DNA from: Eledone cirrhosa
Taxonomy: Eukaryota
NCBI GenBank assembly: GCA_964016885.1
Contig: OZ024740.1
Coordinates: 241,056,001-241,120,000, forward strand
Length of the DNA: 64,000 nucleotides
Direction of reading: 5' to 3'
Each line of letters starts with the position of its first letter. Within the stretch, counting starts at the first letter, position 1. The translations under genes were made by a program, and so were the position numbers. The notes beneath the pieces were generated by a model. The model did no database searches, was not told the origin of the DNA, and worked only from the letters and a program-made list of their open reading frames with translations. Shown here piece by piece: positions 39,567-53,369 of this stretch.

Positions 39567-40135
39567 CAGTAACAATGATGATACAATTCATCTTAGAACA
39601 TTTGATTGAGATCAGTTTTCTGAGATGGAATTGGCAGGGTCAACTAAAGAAAACCAAGAACAACAATTGTATCATCAAAAGTATAAATACGATAAAAGTA
39701 CTATAAAACACTTTAAGGATTTCTTCTTAAACCAAGTAAAGAAAGCATGCTTTTAATTTAATTAGAACTAAACTGAAATTTGGTGCTTTGGGTAATTGAA
39801 TGAAATTCTTCTTCTTCTTCTTCTTCTGCCATGAATTGGCAGTACGTTTAAATTTAAGGTTAGGATGAAACTATTGCGTAACTTCGACTATAGAAAGACA
39901 GTTTTTGTTTTCCTTTTGTGAGATGCACACAACCTCCCACCCCACACATACTGTATATATAGTAAAGTTTAGTAGTCTATTTAGCCTGTAACTCAGACGT
40001 GTGATGACTTACAAAGCATTGGGTAAGTTTGAAATTCGTACGTCCCAACGTAGAAATGATTGCAATATAGCCGATCACTATATTAGTTGAGAAAATCGCA
40101 TAAAATACCCATCGGAGACAGAAAAAGTGGACAGA

Positions 40136-40209
40136 GGTGCCTGCGAGGAATCGAACTATTGCATCTCTCGAATCCCGGGCGAGAACATTAAACACCGGGT
40201 ATAGGAGCC
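40136..40209 (-). pseudogene. tRNA-like sequence followed by a T5 run
   Basis: GGCTCCTATACCCGGTG..CTCG/CGAG anticodon-like stem..GTTCGATTCC..GGCACC; shares the downstream TTTTTCTGTCTC with 51385-51463. Confidence 0.5.
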
Positions 40210-40587
40210 GCTCACAACGAGTTCCACAACGTCAGTTGTTCGTAAAGAGGTAGTGATTCTTCTAGGGTGCTGTTTTCACGCGGTGCATTTCTCAGGTTGT
40301 AAGCGAATATATTGGAGTTGTTAGTGAACATTTCGCATATATAAAGAGATATTGGTTCATTTAGTCCCTCTCTTTGTCTTTTCGGTTTCTTGCTTGATTA
40401 TTCCTGCCGCCGAAATGTAATAATTATATTACTACATGCTTATAGTCTTCTAAAATGGCAGAATTAGTTGTCAGCAGTTCCTTAACGCAGTACCACTCGC
40501 CTGTCATTCGAAAGATATGGGTGTCAACAACTCGCATGCACCTCTCTTCATTGTTTCCATCTCCTGTGGTATTTTATCCTATTTTCT

Positions 40588-40788
40588 GAATTATTATTTA
40601 TAATTGTTTCTACTTTTGGCACAAGGCCAGCAATTACCCAGCGCATTACTGGTACTTTATTTTATCGATCCCGTGAGGATGAAAGGCAAAGTTAACCTCG
40701 GCGGGATTTGAACTCAGAATGGCAAGGGCCGTAACTCTATACGTCAAAGCATGGCATCCGACCCTCTACCGATACTGCCAATCCACTC
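40588..40788 (-). mobile_element. tRNA-derived SINE copy
   Basis: Reverse complement of the 2347-2543 family. Confidence 0.88.
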
Positions 40789-41040
40789 GACTATATAATA
40801 GTCATTTCAAAATGTATGTATGGTCTTCTGATTTCATTATTTTATAAATTTTCACCAATAGAGAGCTGGTTTTTAACATAGACACAAGACTCTTTCATTG
40901 GAATCTAGACAACACCAACTAGGTAAATAAGCATGTGTGCAGGCATGGATGTTATGGTATATGTGGATCTGTATATTTTGAGCTATATGGGTACACGGGC
41001 ATATGCATGCATGTATGTATTCATATATATATCATAAAAA

Positions 41041-43060
41041 ATGCTTCAGCGTTGGGAAGAACATTTTACTGACCTGTTTGACAACCCATCAGCAGTCAAT
41101 TTTGGAGTGATAGAGGGCCTTCCTCTATGTGAAACAGTCCACCGTAACGGTCGACTTCCCTCTTCTGATGAAATAAAGTTGGCAGTGAAGCAGGTTAACT
41201 CTGGCAACGCACCAGGTCCAGATAGTACCCCAGTCGAACTGCTGAAAGTCGGTAGTGATAATGTAACAGATGCAATAAACAACTTCATCACTGATTCCTG
41301 GAACGGGACCCCGGGTCCGCAAGACTGGACCAACGGTATACTGTTATTATACAAAGGCAAAGGTGAAAAATTGCTGGAAGCTGTTGGCAAGGTTCTCGCA
41401 AGACTTTTGCTCAACACAGTGGAGGGGATATCTGCCCTATCCCAGAATCATAGAGTGGTTTTAGAAGAGGAAGGGGAACAGTTGACATGATTTTGTCTGT
41501 AAGACAAATACGAGAAAAATGCATTAAGCAGTGTGTGTCTCTATATCAATTCTTTGTCGACCTAACGAAGGCCTTTGACACAGTTAACAGAGATGCACTC
41601 TGGATAATACTTGGAAAAGTAGGATGTCTGCCCAAGTTTGTGAGTATGCTAAAGTAGCTGCACAGAAATATGGAAGCTCGGGTTACCTTCAATGGTCAAC
41701 TAACTGGGGAAATCCCAATTGACAACGGAGTAAAGCAAGGTGATATTCCTGCTCTTACACTTTTCTCCATCTTCTTTGCTCCCTTGCTCACACATGCTTT
41801 CCATGATTGTGACAGAGGCATTCACTTAGGGCTTTTCCGAGGCATTTCCACGGGAAAAGTTTTCAACTTAAGAAGGTTTAATGCTAAGACAAAAACTTTT
41901 CAAGCTTTGATCAGAGACCTTCTTTACACCCACGACGCAACACATTATGAACCGTTTCTCATCCTCGTGTACAGCATTTGGGCTTACAATCAGCCTTAAA
42001 AAGACCAAAGTAATTTTTACCCCTGCTCCTCGAGAACCACATACTGAACCCCATATCATGGTTGATGGAACCAGGTTGGGAATAGTAGATAAATTTGTCT
42101 ACTTGGGTAGTACACTCTCATATGATGGCGCCTTGGGTGCTGAAATACATCTGCACACCCAGAAGGCCTCTGTTACCTTCGGAAAATTGGAAAAGAGAGT
42201 TTGAGAAAATCTCAACATTACCAACAATACCAAGGTGTGTGAGTATAGATCATGGGTTCTGTCTGATCTTTTATACTCTGCCGAAACCTGTACGCTATTC
42301 CACAAACACATCAAATTGCTTGAGCGTTTTCAGCAGAAATGTTTAAGGCGCATATTCAACATCAAGTGGCAAGACAGAACTCCTGGCACCCATGTCCTTA
42401 TTAAAGCAGAATGTCCAAGCATTGAGTCCCAAGTAACATCTTCTCAAATACGCTGGACAGGACATATCGTCCACATGAAAGAATGCAAGATCCCGAAGCA
42501 ACTGTTTTATGGTGAGCTCCATCTTGGAGGTTCAGGGACAGCATCAAGAACAACCTCAAAGAGCTGGCATTTGATCTAGACAACTGGGAGGAAATAGCAC
42601 TAAATAGGGCTGAGTGGAGAAAGCGCATAAAGGGCAGTTGCAAAACCTTTGAGGAATGTCGTCTAGAACATAAAATGTTCAGTCTTGATGAAGTCATCAG
42701 TAGTTAGACATGCAATTTCTGTCAGCGTGTACTCCTCTCAAAGGCTGGTTATGTTAATCACCTGAAGTCACATGAAAGGATAACCACCCGCAACATCACT
42801 CAACAAACACCTGGCGAAACAACGTGCGAGATATGCAACAAAGTGTGTAGAACTAGTTCCGGACTAAAAACACACTTGGTGATACATAAATATTGTATCC
42901 CACAGAGTGACCCCATCGGTCCTATGGAAAGCATAACTCTTCTGTCACCTGTGTCGTAAACCTTGCAGATCTACAGCTGGTCTACAAAGTCATCTACTAA
43001 GTCATGGACGCAGATGGGATGATAACGAAGAATCAATAAGAGACGGCAATCCTCATAGCT
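41041..43060 (+). mobile_element. RTE-clade LINE, 5'-truncated and decayed, with three C-terminal C2H2 fingers
   Basis: LQRWEEHF, APGPDS.P.ELLK, FVDLTKAFDTV, GVKQG..LF, FGLTISLKKTKV, FVYLGS, RWTGHIVHM..IPKQLFYGEL; fingers at 42711-43005. Confidence 0.9.
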
Positions 43061-43224
43061 ATATCTACTTATATCTATATATTAGCAGATGTCTGTGTAT
43101 TTGTATGTCTGTGCATAATGCCAATGAGGGAATGAGAGGGGAGAGAAAAAGACAGAGAGAATACAGAAAGAAACGGAGAGAGAGAGAACATATTTCTATA
43201 GAAGTTGAAAGAAAAGGGGATAGC

Positions 43225-43304
<80 letters not shown>

Positions 43305-43649
43305 CTGTATGTATATGCGTCAGTGTAGATACATGTGTGTGGAAATAAGAGGGGAAGGAAAACAATAACTATTAACGTGTGTACGTGGACGCGTACGTGC
43401 ACGCGGTGTTCCACAGAAAGTAAAAACTATCAATATGTGTGAGTGTGTGCGCGTATGTGTTTGCGTGCATGAATGTATGTGTGTGCGTGCGTGCTGCGTT
43501 CTACAATCGCTATTTATTTCAATCACTCCCGTGAAGATATTCACGTAACTTCCACTCCTTTTTTTCATTTAATCCCCATTTTAATTTTCAAAAAAGTTTC
43601 AGAGAAAAATGTTCTCACTCTTTACTAGAGGAGACGGGGTAGATGTAGA

Positions 43650-46600
43650 TGATCAGTATTCTACACTGAAGCAAAGACGAGTACAGGGAGCCAGAACAAG
43701 GGCACTAAAGTCCCCTTCACAACGACAGCAAATACATTAAAATGACCGGAGGAGAGCGACTGCACACAGGGCCAATGAGTCACAAGAGGTAAGGGAAAAA
43801 CTGTTAGAACAATTAGGTCAACAAAATGCAATCTGCAGGAGCCAAGAGTAAAAAAAGGAAAGAGAAAAACGCTTAGAGGGTGCAAGACAAGCTGCCAGAG
43901 TTGCCAATGAGACAATAGGTCAGCGAGAGATTAGACAAAGAAAAAACCAGGAGCAAACAGTTGCTGCACGACTTCGCCAATTCTCAGAGGACAGACGTAT
44001 GTGACTTGATCAAGTTACACTTTTCAAGGGGACTTGGAAAAGATCAGCTTTCAACTATGGTCCAAAACCTGATTATTCTACAGGGAAATTGATTGATATT
44101 GGAGCAATGTCAAAAGTGCAATTTTTGTAAAGGAAAGAAAAGGGAAAGAGAAACCACCACTAAGTGTTGTGGTGGAGGAATGGTTGTTTTACAGATGTTT
44201 GGTACACTCTCAGATACTTTGAAGGCCTTGCTTTTGGGAAACACACCAAGGAGCATGGACTTCTTGAAAAACATTAGGAATTATAATTCTGCTTTCCAAA
44301 TGACCTCCTTTGGTAGCAATATTATAAGAGAAGGGAACATGAAGCCAACTTTTAAAGTTCAAGGTCAACTATACCATCGTATTGGATCTTTGTTGCCAAC
44401 TGAAGGCAAAAGTCCTCAGTTTTTACAGCTATATTTTGTCATTTAACCTTCCAAATTTGAAAGAAACGTTAATCTGTGATCTGCAAGATATGTTGCATGC
44501 AAACAATAGCTACATCAGAATCTGCACAAACCACTGAATACAAGATAGTTATTGATGCAGACAAAAAGCCTGTTGCTGAAGAGGCCGCTACAATGCCCCT
44601 GCCGCGAAGTAGCAGCCATTATTACAAGCGACGAGTATGGGAAGAGAGATATTATTATTCAAGGAAGATGAATTAAGATGCAGCAGATAAATGCAATCCA
44701 CCAATCATATGACGCACTCCAGTATCCATTAATCTGTGTATTTGGCCAAGATGGATATCACTTTGGTATATAAAAAAAAAACAGATCTTAAAACAAGAGC
44801 TCCTGCACTGACAAAACAGTAAGCTGCGTTGGATTCAATGCTTACCTTTTCATACTAAGAGAGCAAGACTTCAATATTCTTCATCGTTCACGTGAGCTCT
44901 TCTAGTAATTTGCAGTTGATATGTATGCATAAATTGAAGGAGAGAGGCTTCTTTACATTAGAACACATCAGAAAGATCACCATGCATCAGATTACATTCA
45001 CCTGAGAGATGCAATCAGTAATGAAGGAGCATTGGCTGCTGATAACATTGGACAGCTTTGTGTTATTCTTCTATCAAGTTTTACAAGAATTCCACGGTAT
45101 ATGCATGAGCGTACCCAAGATGCACTTATATATATATATCAAACACTATAGTCGTCCAGACCTCTTCATCATATTCACATGTAACCCAACATGGCATGAA
45201 ATAAAGTGTGAGCTTTATCATTATCAAGAACCCAAAGATCAACATGATATTATAGCTAGGGTGCTCAGACTTAAAGTCATAAAGGCGATGGATCTCCTAA
45301 AAAATGTGAAGTCTTTGGACCAGTCAAATGTGACATGTTCACAACTGAATGGCAAAATGGAGGATTGTCACATACCACATTTTGATTTGGTTACATGAAA
45401 AACTTCGGCCAAAGGATATTTATTAACTTATCTCAGCTTAACTGCCTGATCCACAGCTAGATACTTTGCTGCCTGAAATTGTCAAGTCACAAATAGGCCC
45501 TGCGGTTCAATTAATCCATCCTCCCCATGCACGAGGGATAATAAGTGTACCAAAAGCTACCTATGCTCCTCTGTACAAGAAACCCGAACTGGAGAAGGTG
45601 ACTACCCCCTTTAAAGGAAAAGAAAACCTGGGCAGAGTGGATTCACTTCGAAACAAAAAAGAGAAATGAGCAAGAATTCATCATTGACAATCGGTGTACC
45701 CTACTGTCCTCTTCTTACAAAAACTTTCAAAGCCCACATCAATGTTGAATTCTGCAACTCTGTTAAGCCTATTCAGTATGTTTGCAAATATATAAACAAA
45801 GGTTTAGATGCTGCAACATACACTCTTATGCAGAATGGCAGTCAACAGATAAATAAAAATGACGAAGTTGTACAGTATGAGAGAGGAAGATACATCAGTA
45901 GCAATGAGGCTTTTTGGTGCATCTTCAATTTTTCCATTCATGAGAGCCACCCATCATCATTCATCTGAGTGTCCATCTAGAGAATGACCAAAGGGCTATC
46001 TTTACTAAACAAACAGCCTTACAACAAGCACTTTCTCCCAAAGAAACTACTCTTACTGCCTTTTTTTTAAGTTGTGTCAAGAAAGATGAAGATGCAAGAA
46101 AACTCCTTTACCTAGAATTACCCAAGTATTACACCTGGAGAAACAATAATTGGCACAAGAGGAAACGTGTGGCTGACGCACTTGCAAGATTTTACAGTGT
46201 CCACCCAAGCCAAGCAGAATGCTACTACTTACGGCTCCTTTTGCATGAATTACATGGTCCCAAATCATTCCAAGATTTGAGTGTCTGTGTGAAACTTATA
46301 GGAAAGCATGCTATCAACAAGGCTTTTTAGAAAATGATGAGCATTGAGACCTTGCATTGACTCAAGCATCGGTGTCAGATTCTCCAAGGAAACTTCGTAA
46401 CATTTTTGCAATTATGCTGAACATGTGTCAACTTGGAAGTCTCCTACAGCTTTGGATGAAACATCGCGAGGACATGGCTGAGGTCTAAAAGTATGCAGTT
46501 CAACAGGAAAACCCAGATATCAATATTTAATTCTCTGAAACATTTTTTAACCAAGCACTGATTGAAATTCAGGATCACGTTTTGGCCATGGGAGGCAGAA

Positions 46601-48328
46601 AATTGCAAGAGTCCTCCTCTGAACTACCAAAACCAAACCGTCCAATTAGTGATTTAACTTCAAGAGACAGAGCAAGAGAAGACAAATTATGACATCACAG
46701 AGTTGGCTGCATTTGTGAATGAACATGAACCTAAACTTCTAAACGCTATGCATATGATAAAATTACTTCGTCAGTCAGAGAAAAAAGTGGAGGTATTTTC
46801 TTTCTTGATGCTCCTGGTGGCACATTTGTAACAACATTGCTCCTCTCCAAGGTAAGGCAACAACAAATAATTGCAGTTGCCGTAGCATCGTTTGGCATTG
46901 CTGCCACCCTTCTCCCAGGAGGACAAACAGCTCATTCTGCTTTTAAATTACTGCTAAACCTGGTCACAAATGACAGTCCAATTTGTAACATAAGCAAAGG
47001 TTCGGGTTCAGCAGAAGTGTCGCGCCAATGCCATCTGATCATTTGGGATGAATGCACCATGTCACATAGAGGTGCAATGGAAGCTCTTGATAAGATCTTA
47101 CAGGACATAAGCGGCAACATCTATGGGAAGAGTTACATTAGTTTTATCAGGAAACTTCAGACAGACATTACCAGCCATTCCGAGAGGAACAAGAACTGGT
47201 GAAATAAAAGCATGCATTAAGTCTTCGCACCTATGGAATAAAGTACGGAAATTCTCCTTCAAACTAACATGTGAGCTTTATTTCACTGGGACCAATGTAC
47301 AGAACAGTTTTCAACCCGGCTCCTCCAGTTACGAAATGGGAAAGTACGAATTGATGGGAATGGTGATATCAATTTGGCTCATATTGCTATCATGGTGAAT
47401 TCACCAGCTGAATTGAAGAACATGATATTTCTAGACTTAAGTAATAATTATAATTCACACAAATGGTTGTGTGATAGGGCAATTCTTGCTCCCAAAAATG
47501 AGACAGTAGCAAGGATTAACCATGAATTAATGAATAAGATTTCAACAGTAATTAAGGAGTACAAATCAGTTGATTCAGTCCACTACCCAAAAGAGTTCCT
47601 TAATTCTCTTGAGCAACCTGGAGCTCCTCCACAGAATCTTTTCCTGAAGATTGGAGTCCCAATAATGCTTCTAAGAAATTTAGATCCTCCTAAATTATGC
47701 GATGGGACAAGGTTGATTGAGAAGACATTATCACCTAATGTGATAGAAGCTAACATCATCACTGGATGTACTTCTGGGGAAGAGGTTTTCATTCCAAGAA
47801 TTCCAATCAAACCAACAGACATGCCATTTGAGTTCAAACGAACACAATTCCCAGTGCGACTTGCTTCGCAATGTCTATTAATAAAGTTCAAGGTCAGACT
47901 TTGAAATCTACTGGCTTGCACTTAATTGAGCCTAGCTTTTTTTCATGGTCAATTTTATGTTGGTTGCTATTTTCATGGTCAACTTTATGTTGGGTGGGTA
48001 GTTTACAAGACTTATTTGTCTATGCTCCAAACCAGAAAACAAAGAATGTTGTTTACCCAGAAGTTCTTACGTAATTTCCTTCAACACATGTTATAGAATT
48101 TACCCCCCCCCCCTTCATAAAAGTGGTAAATTTTGTATTTTCGTTCTTTATTATTACTATTATTTATTTCTGTTTTGCATTATGAATTCAGAATTGATTT
48201 CATTATGTATCCGAATTAAAGAATAAATTGAATTTAGAATAACAAATTTCTATACAACATATTTTGCTTTTTTCTTCTAATATATAAGGAACAATTTCAT
48301 TCCCGGGCAACGCCGGGTGCCTCTGCTA

Positions 48329-48329
<1 letters not shown>
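43650..48329 (+). mobile_element. Helitron (Rep/HUH + Pif1 helicase), decayed; 5' end approximate
   Basis: NIRNYNSAFQMTSFG, YHRIGSLLP, YDALQYPL, PDLFIIFTCNP, HINVEFC..KYINKG, GIAATLLPGGQTAHSAF, IIWDECTM, RAILAPKN, QFPVRLA; 3' hairpin CCCGGGCAACGCCGGG (48302-48317) and CTAG (48326-48329) followed by T. Confidence 0.95.
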
Positions 48330-48369
<40 letters not shown>

Positions 48370-48564
48370 TGCACAAATATAGCTCTTTTTACAAAACGGT
48401 TTTTCCATCATCCACTTTTCTAAAAACATAAATCATACACAAAACGCCAGCACCAACAGTTTTGCAAGAGATCTCAACATGAATGTACCTGTTATTTTTA
48501 TCTAAAGACATTTTATCCAATTCCAACCCATTCGTCCCCTCAATCTATCTTATTTCTCATTCTT

Positions 48565-48600
48565 TCTTCTGATGAAGGACCAACGTCCGAAACGTTAAGA
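48565..48600 (+). ncRNA. Minimal type I hammerhead ribozyme
   Basis: ucuu CUGAUGA a-ggac-caac-gucc GAAA CG UU aaga, in a ~320-bp insert between (TA)n runs. Confidence 0.82.
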
Positions 48601-49256
48601 CCCTCTCCCTGCTATATCAAGCGTTAACCTAATATATTCCTTCCATATACTGTACCGATTGTGTTGTTATTTCTGTTTACTCTATATATATATCGCTCCC
48701 GAGCAAATACCGTTACATTAAAATGGCGCAAGCTAAAAGAGGGGAAATATTTCAAGTATATTGGATCCTAGATAACAAATTCAGAAAAGAATATTATTGC
48801 CAATATAGTAGAAGCTTGGCAAAGGAAATGGTAACAATGTCGAAGTCAAATCTAAATCGAGACTTAAACTCAGAACGCAGAAAGCCAGAATGAATACCGC
48901 AAAGCATGCTAACTGCCCTCTCGTCGCCTATATTTCATCTACAACGAACTATATATTTTTCTCATCCTCATTACAGTATTATCACTGTTAGACAATTAAA
49001 TAATTAAACTGAGATATTTTATTTTATTTTTAATTCTTAACCTATTAGACAATTGCACTCGCTGTTAGAAAAACAGAAAAACAAAACCAATTTGATATCC
49101 CGTTTCACACGAGATTATGCGTAACTTAAGATGTCTTCATGATTCTTGATATGTTTGTTTATTAATGCAAACGAAACCGGCTGAAGAATGAATAGAATTA
49201 TTCACGAAACATTAGGGAGAGGATGAATATCGTGAAATATAATATTAAACAAATCA

Positions 49257-49860
49257 TTGAAGCAGGTGGAACTCAAATATCTCGGAGCCGTGTTCACGAG
49301 TGATAAAAGGCAGGAAGCTAAATTAAATTTAAGAATTGCTAGAGCTGATGCAGTAATGTGCCAGCTTCAACACTCGGTCATCAGAAGAAATGAAGTAGGT
49401 GTAAAAGCCAAACTCTCTATCTTCAGTTCGTTGCTCGTGCCTACCCTTACCTATAGTCATGAACCTTGTGTAAAGACCAGAAGAATACAATCACAGATAC
49501 AAGCGGCCGAAATGAAGTTCCTTCGAAGAATCTTTGGGGTAATGTTACTCGATAGAGTGCGAAGCAGGGATATCAGAGAGTCGCTCCAGGTAGAACTACT
49601 ATCTTTCCACATCGAAGCAACACAGCACCGGTACCATGGACATGTGGTTAGAATGCCACAGGAAATAGTCGCTGGACAGATTTTGCGGACAAAGCCAACC
49701 GGAAGCAGACTCAAAAGCAGATCTCGAGCGAGCAAGATAGATAACATTCATAAGTTCGATTCGTTTCGCTTTGAGATCCAACTGGATTATCTGGAGACGG
49801 TTGTTTCGGATAGAGCCTTCTGGGAGGCATATCTGAGGACTCTTCCTCCACCACGCCCTC
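49257..49860 (+). mobile_element. RTE-clade LINE 3' fragment (Rex3/Expander-like)
   Basis: LKYLGAVFTSD..RIARADAVM..KAKLSIFSSLLVPTLTYSHE..IQAAEMKFLRRI..DRVRS..IRE..GHVVRMP. Confidence 0.85.
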
Positions 49861-50265
49861 ACATATATATATCTGTATGCGTAAGCATTGCTGTATGGCT
49901 TCAAATTCGATCCAACTGATGACACTTTAGTGAAATGGTATTGTGCTGTATGCCAGTTTTCTCGTATTTTGCGTTGTTTCTAACAATTGTCTTCATTTAT
50001 TTTGTTTTCCGTCTCTAACGGTATGGTACTCAGTGCACTGCCCTTTAGCTTAATTGTAATTTAATTGATAACCCCATAAAATAGTCATGTTCACTTTTGT
50101 TTTATTTCTTAATAGAATACTGTACAATAAAGTGTGTTTCGACACACGATCTCAGATCACGTCACTTACGAAGCAAGTACATCTCCGAATTATATGTATA
50201 TCACGCGCACGTATTGCAAACACCTACCCACACACGTGCATCCACACACGTGTATCCACACACGT

Positions 50266-50386
<121 letters not shown>

Positions 50387-50656
50387 AAGAATCAGATAGA
50401 CAATAAGACAGTAATTCTTATAATATATATGTCTCATCACTAAAACGTGAAATAGACCATAGTTCTATATAAAAGACAGCTATATGTACACAACTCTTTT
50501 CTTCCTCTACCAGTAAGATTACATTAGCAATCCCAATACAGTACGGAGTCTGAGGGTATATTGATATCTGTTATAATATCAATATTCGTTCTTTCTAGTG
50601 CATTTCCTGCATTTTCGTGCATATACATATTAGATTAGATTATTTTACTTCTTGTA

Positions 50657-50852
50657 AGGGCGGTGAATTGGCAGTATCGGTAGAGGGTCGGACGCCTTGC
50701 TTTGACGCATAGAGTTACGGCCCTTGCCATTCTGAGTTCAAATCCCGTCGAAGTTAACTTTGCCTTTCATCCTAACGGGGTCGATAAAATAAAGTACCAG
50801 TGATACACTGGGATATTTTCTGTCCTTGTTCCTATTGTAGAAACAATTATTT
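50657..50852 (+). mobile_element. tRNA-derived SINE copy
   Basis: Matches 2347-2543. Confidence 0.88.
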
Positions 50853-51384
50853 TACTTCTTTATATTATTGAGCACCCTGTTTTTACTATATAATCGTATA
50901 TTGAAAATGTATTGATAAATATATGTATTAAGCTCAAAGGATAACAAACAATTAGAATTCTATCTACGCATAGAACATATTACACATAAGCTGTGTGCAT
51001 ATATCATATTTCAAGCATGTTCTAAAGATTGAATCGGCGAGTGGTAAGAGTTGTTAGTATAACAATAACTTTACTGTTTCATTACTTATATCATGACCCC
51101 ACCCCGCCGAAAACTTTATTTAAAAGATTGCTATATGTACACATAGTTTTCATCCGTTGATGAGGCGTAATTTAGCAGTTCTACAAAAAGGGATTACAAA
51201 AATAAGTGCCAGACTTAAAGAAACAAGTGTTGCCGCTGATATGATCGACTAAATCGAGAAGGTGCCCAGCATGTATATATAAGAAGGTGACATATGCTAA
51301 GGAGCAAAAGATAACTGCAATTACAGTTAGTTGCTATAAAATAGCTTTTAAAAACCGAGCAGAGACCTCTAGAGACAGAAAAAT

Positions 51385-51463
51385 GGTGCCAAGGCCGTTA
51401 CGAATAATCGAACTCTGTTTTCCAGATACTGGGTAGATGCTCTCATTATTGAGCTAAGGGATC
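51385..51463 (-). pseudogene. tRNA-like sequence inside a TA-flanked foldback (51275-51550)
   Basis: GATCCCTTAGCTCAATAATGAGAGCA..GAGTTCGATT..GGCACCA-TTTTT; inverted arms 51275-51345 / 51487-51550. Confidence 0.55.
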
Positions 51464-51689
51464 TCTGCCAACATCTTACTGTCTAAATTAGCAACTGACT
51501 GTAATTGCAGCTATTTTCTGCGCCTGAACAGCTTACGCTTTCTTATATATCTATTTTCTCAGCGATTCGTAAGTTAAACAATTCGAGCTTCACACACGAC
51601 CTTTGTTTACTTTTTCAAAACCCGTTTGATTCAGCTCCCTAATATAAACAGTAATATGTTGTCAGGGATGCCTGTAAGGCGATACTTAG

Positions 51690-53295
51690 GAACATAGTTA
51701 AGACCATTAGGACCAGTCACTCCGTCATTAAGTGGTTTCACTCTTTCAACTCCAAAAAAGCAGTTCACGCAATTCGACATTGTGAATTTTTACCCGTCGA
51801 TCTCAGAGGCCCTGTTGAACAAAGCGTTGAACTTTGCTACCACTTAGACTACCGTCCATGATTTAGACAGGGAGATCATCGCACATTGCCGGAAATCCTC
51901 CTCTTCAACAACGGAGTAGCCTGGACAAAGGAGTCAACTACTTCAGAACTATTCGACGTCTCAATGGAATCATTCGACATTGTTGATGTATGCGACTTGG
52001 TTGGCTTATTTATTTTAGATATATTACGTACTCGATTCCCGGACTTCCACACGGGATTATACCGCAACAATGGTCTGACTCTATCCAGCCATAAAAGTGG
52101 TCACGACCTGGACCGGTTTAAAAAATATTTAATTACTACCTTTAATGAGTTAGGATTTACGATAACGGTAACTACCAACCTCTCTAGCGTAGATTACTTA
52201 GACATTAATTTAGATCTTCACACACACACACCTTTAGACCCTTCCATAAACTAAATGAAAAACTTAATTACATATACAAGGACTCATGCCACCCCCCTAC
52301 AGCCTTTAGAAACTTCGTGAATAATATCGCTACTAGAATCTCTAACCTCTCCTCTAATAAAGCAATCTTTGACAGAGCGGCACCCTACTACAACGTGGCG
52401 TTAGCTAACAGTGGCTTCTCGCAACCAATTACTTATTCCCCCGCTAACACCAACAACAATAAGAAAAGAAATCGTGCTAATAGAAAAACAATCTGGTTCT
52501 TTCCCTCCTTCTCACTCAACGTTAAAACCGATGTAGCAAAAAGTCTTTTAGCCCTCTTAGATAGACACTTTACCATAGGTCACAAATACCGCTCCATCTT
52601 TAACAGACACAGGGTGAAACTAGGATACTCCTGTGCAAGAATATGAAGGCCCACATCATAACCAGCCCTAAGAGCAGCATCCCACCAGGATGCTCTTGCT
52701 GAAAGCTTGAAGCTTGTCCCCTTCAACAACAATGCAACACACTCGCTGTAATTTACGAAGTTGTGGTCACTTCCAACCGACCAAATAAACAGCAAGATGT
52801 AGGTATGGCGGAGGGCTATCAGTCGACCTTTAAATACCCGGACAAACGATCGTCCATGAAACTACTCCAATGGAAAGCTATCACAAGTCCAAGCCATACG
52901 CAAGGGGAAAACCGTCTTGTGGACTGTGCGTTGAAGAAAGGATCAATATCCGGAGAAGAGTACGTAATAACGATTGCCTAAATTCAAGAAATGAACTTTT
53001 TTCACGCTGTCCACACGTCTGGAAACACCTTTTACATAACTACAAAGCTCCAGATTGAATAACATCAACAATCTAATATTCTGAACTCGAACAATTTATT
53101 CTGGACATCCAGAATTATCACCCTTACATTGATCGACTGTGGGATACCTTGGCCAGGAGAAGTGACCGTTTCTTGCATGCGGATTCGTACGGTTGTTTTT
53201 CCTTTTCCGTACAACTTCATTCAGACCGCGCTGAAGATCCGCATAAGGGGAAACATTTGTTCTCGGTATGGTGAAATAACTGTTGTGGAAATACT
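51690..53295 (+). mobile_element. Penelope-like retroelement, decayed, with 3' pLTR
   Basis: FTQFDIVNFYPSIS, FDVSM..DVCDLVG, GLYRNNGL, VDYLDINL, IWFFPSFS, CGLCVEE..LNSRNELFSRCPH; ends in (TA)n. Confidence 0.9.
53225..53267 (+). ncRNA. Type I hammerhead in the 3' UTR/pLTR of the Penelope element
   Basis: accgcg CUGAAGA ucc-gcauaa-ggg GAAA CAUUUG UU cucggu; ~170 nt after the GIY-YIG stop. Confidence 0.8.
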
Positions 53296-53369
53296 TATAT
53301 ATATATATATGAAAAGGAAGTTGAAAATGAAATTGGAGTCTTTAAGAAGGTTTATTTACAATAATTTAT

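Noticed and set aside
49913-49943. caa CUGAUGA cac-uuua-gu GAAA UGG UA uug
   Set aside because: Stems II and III are too short or broken to separate from chance.
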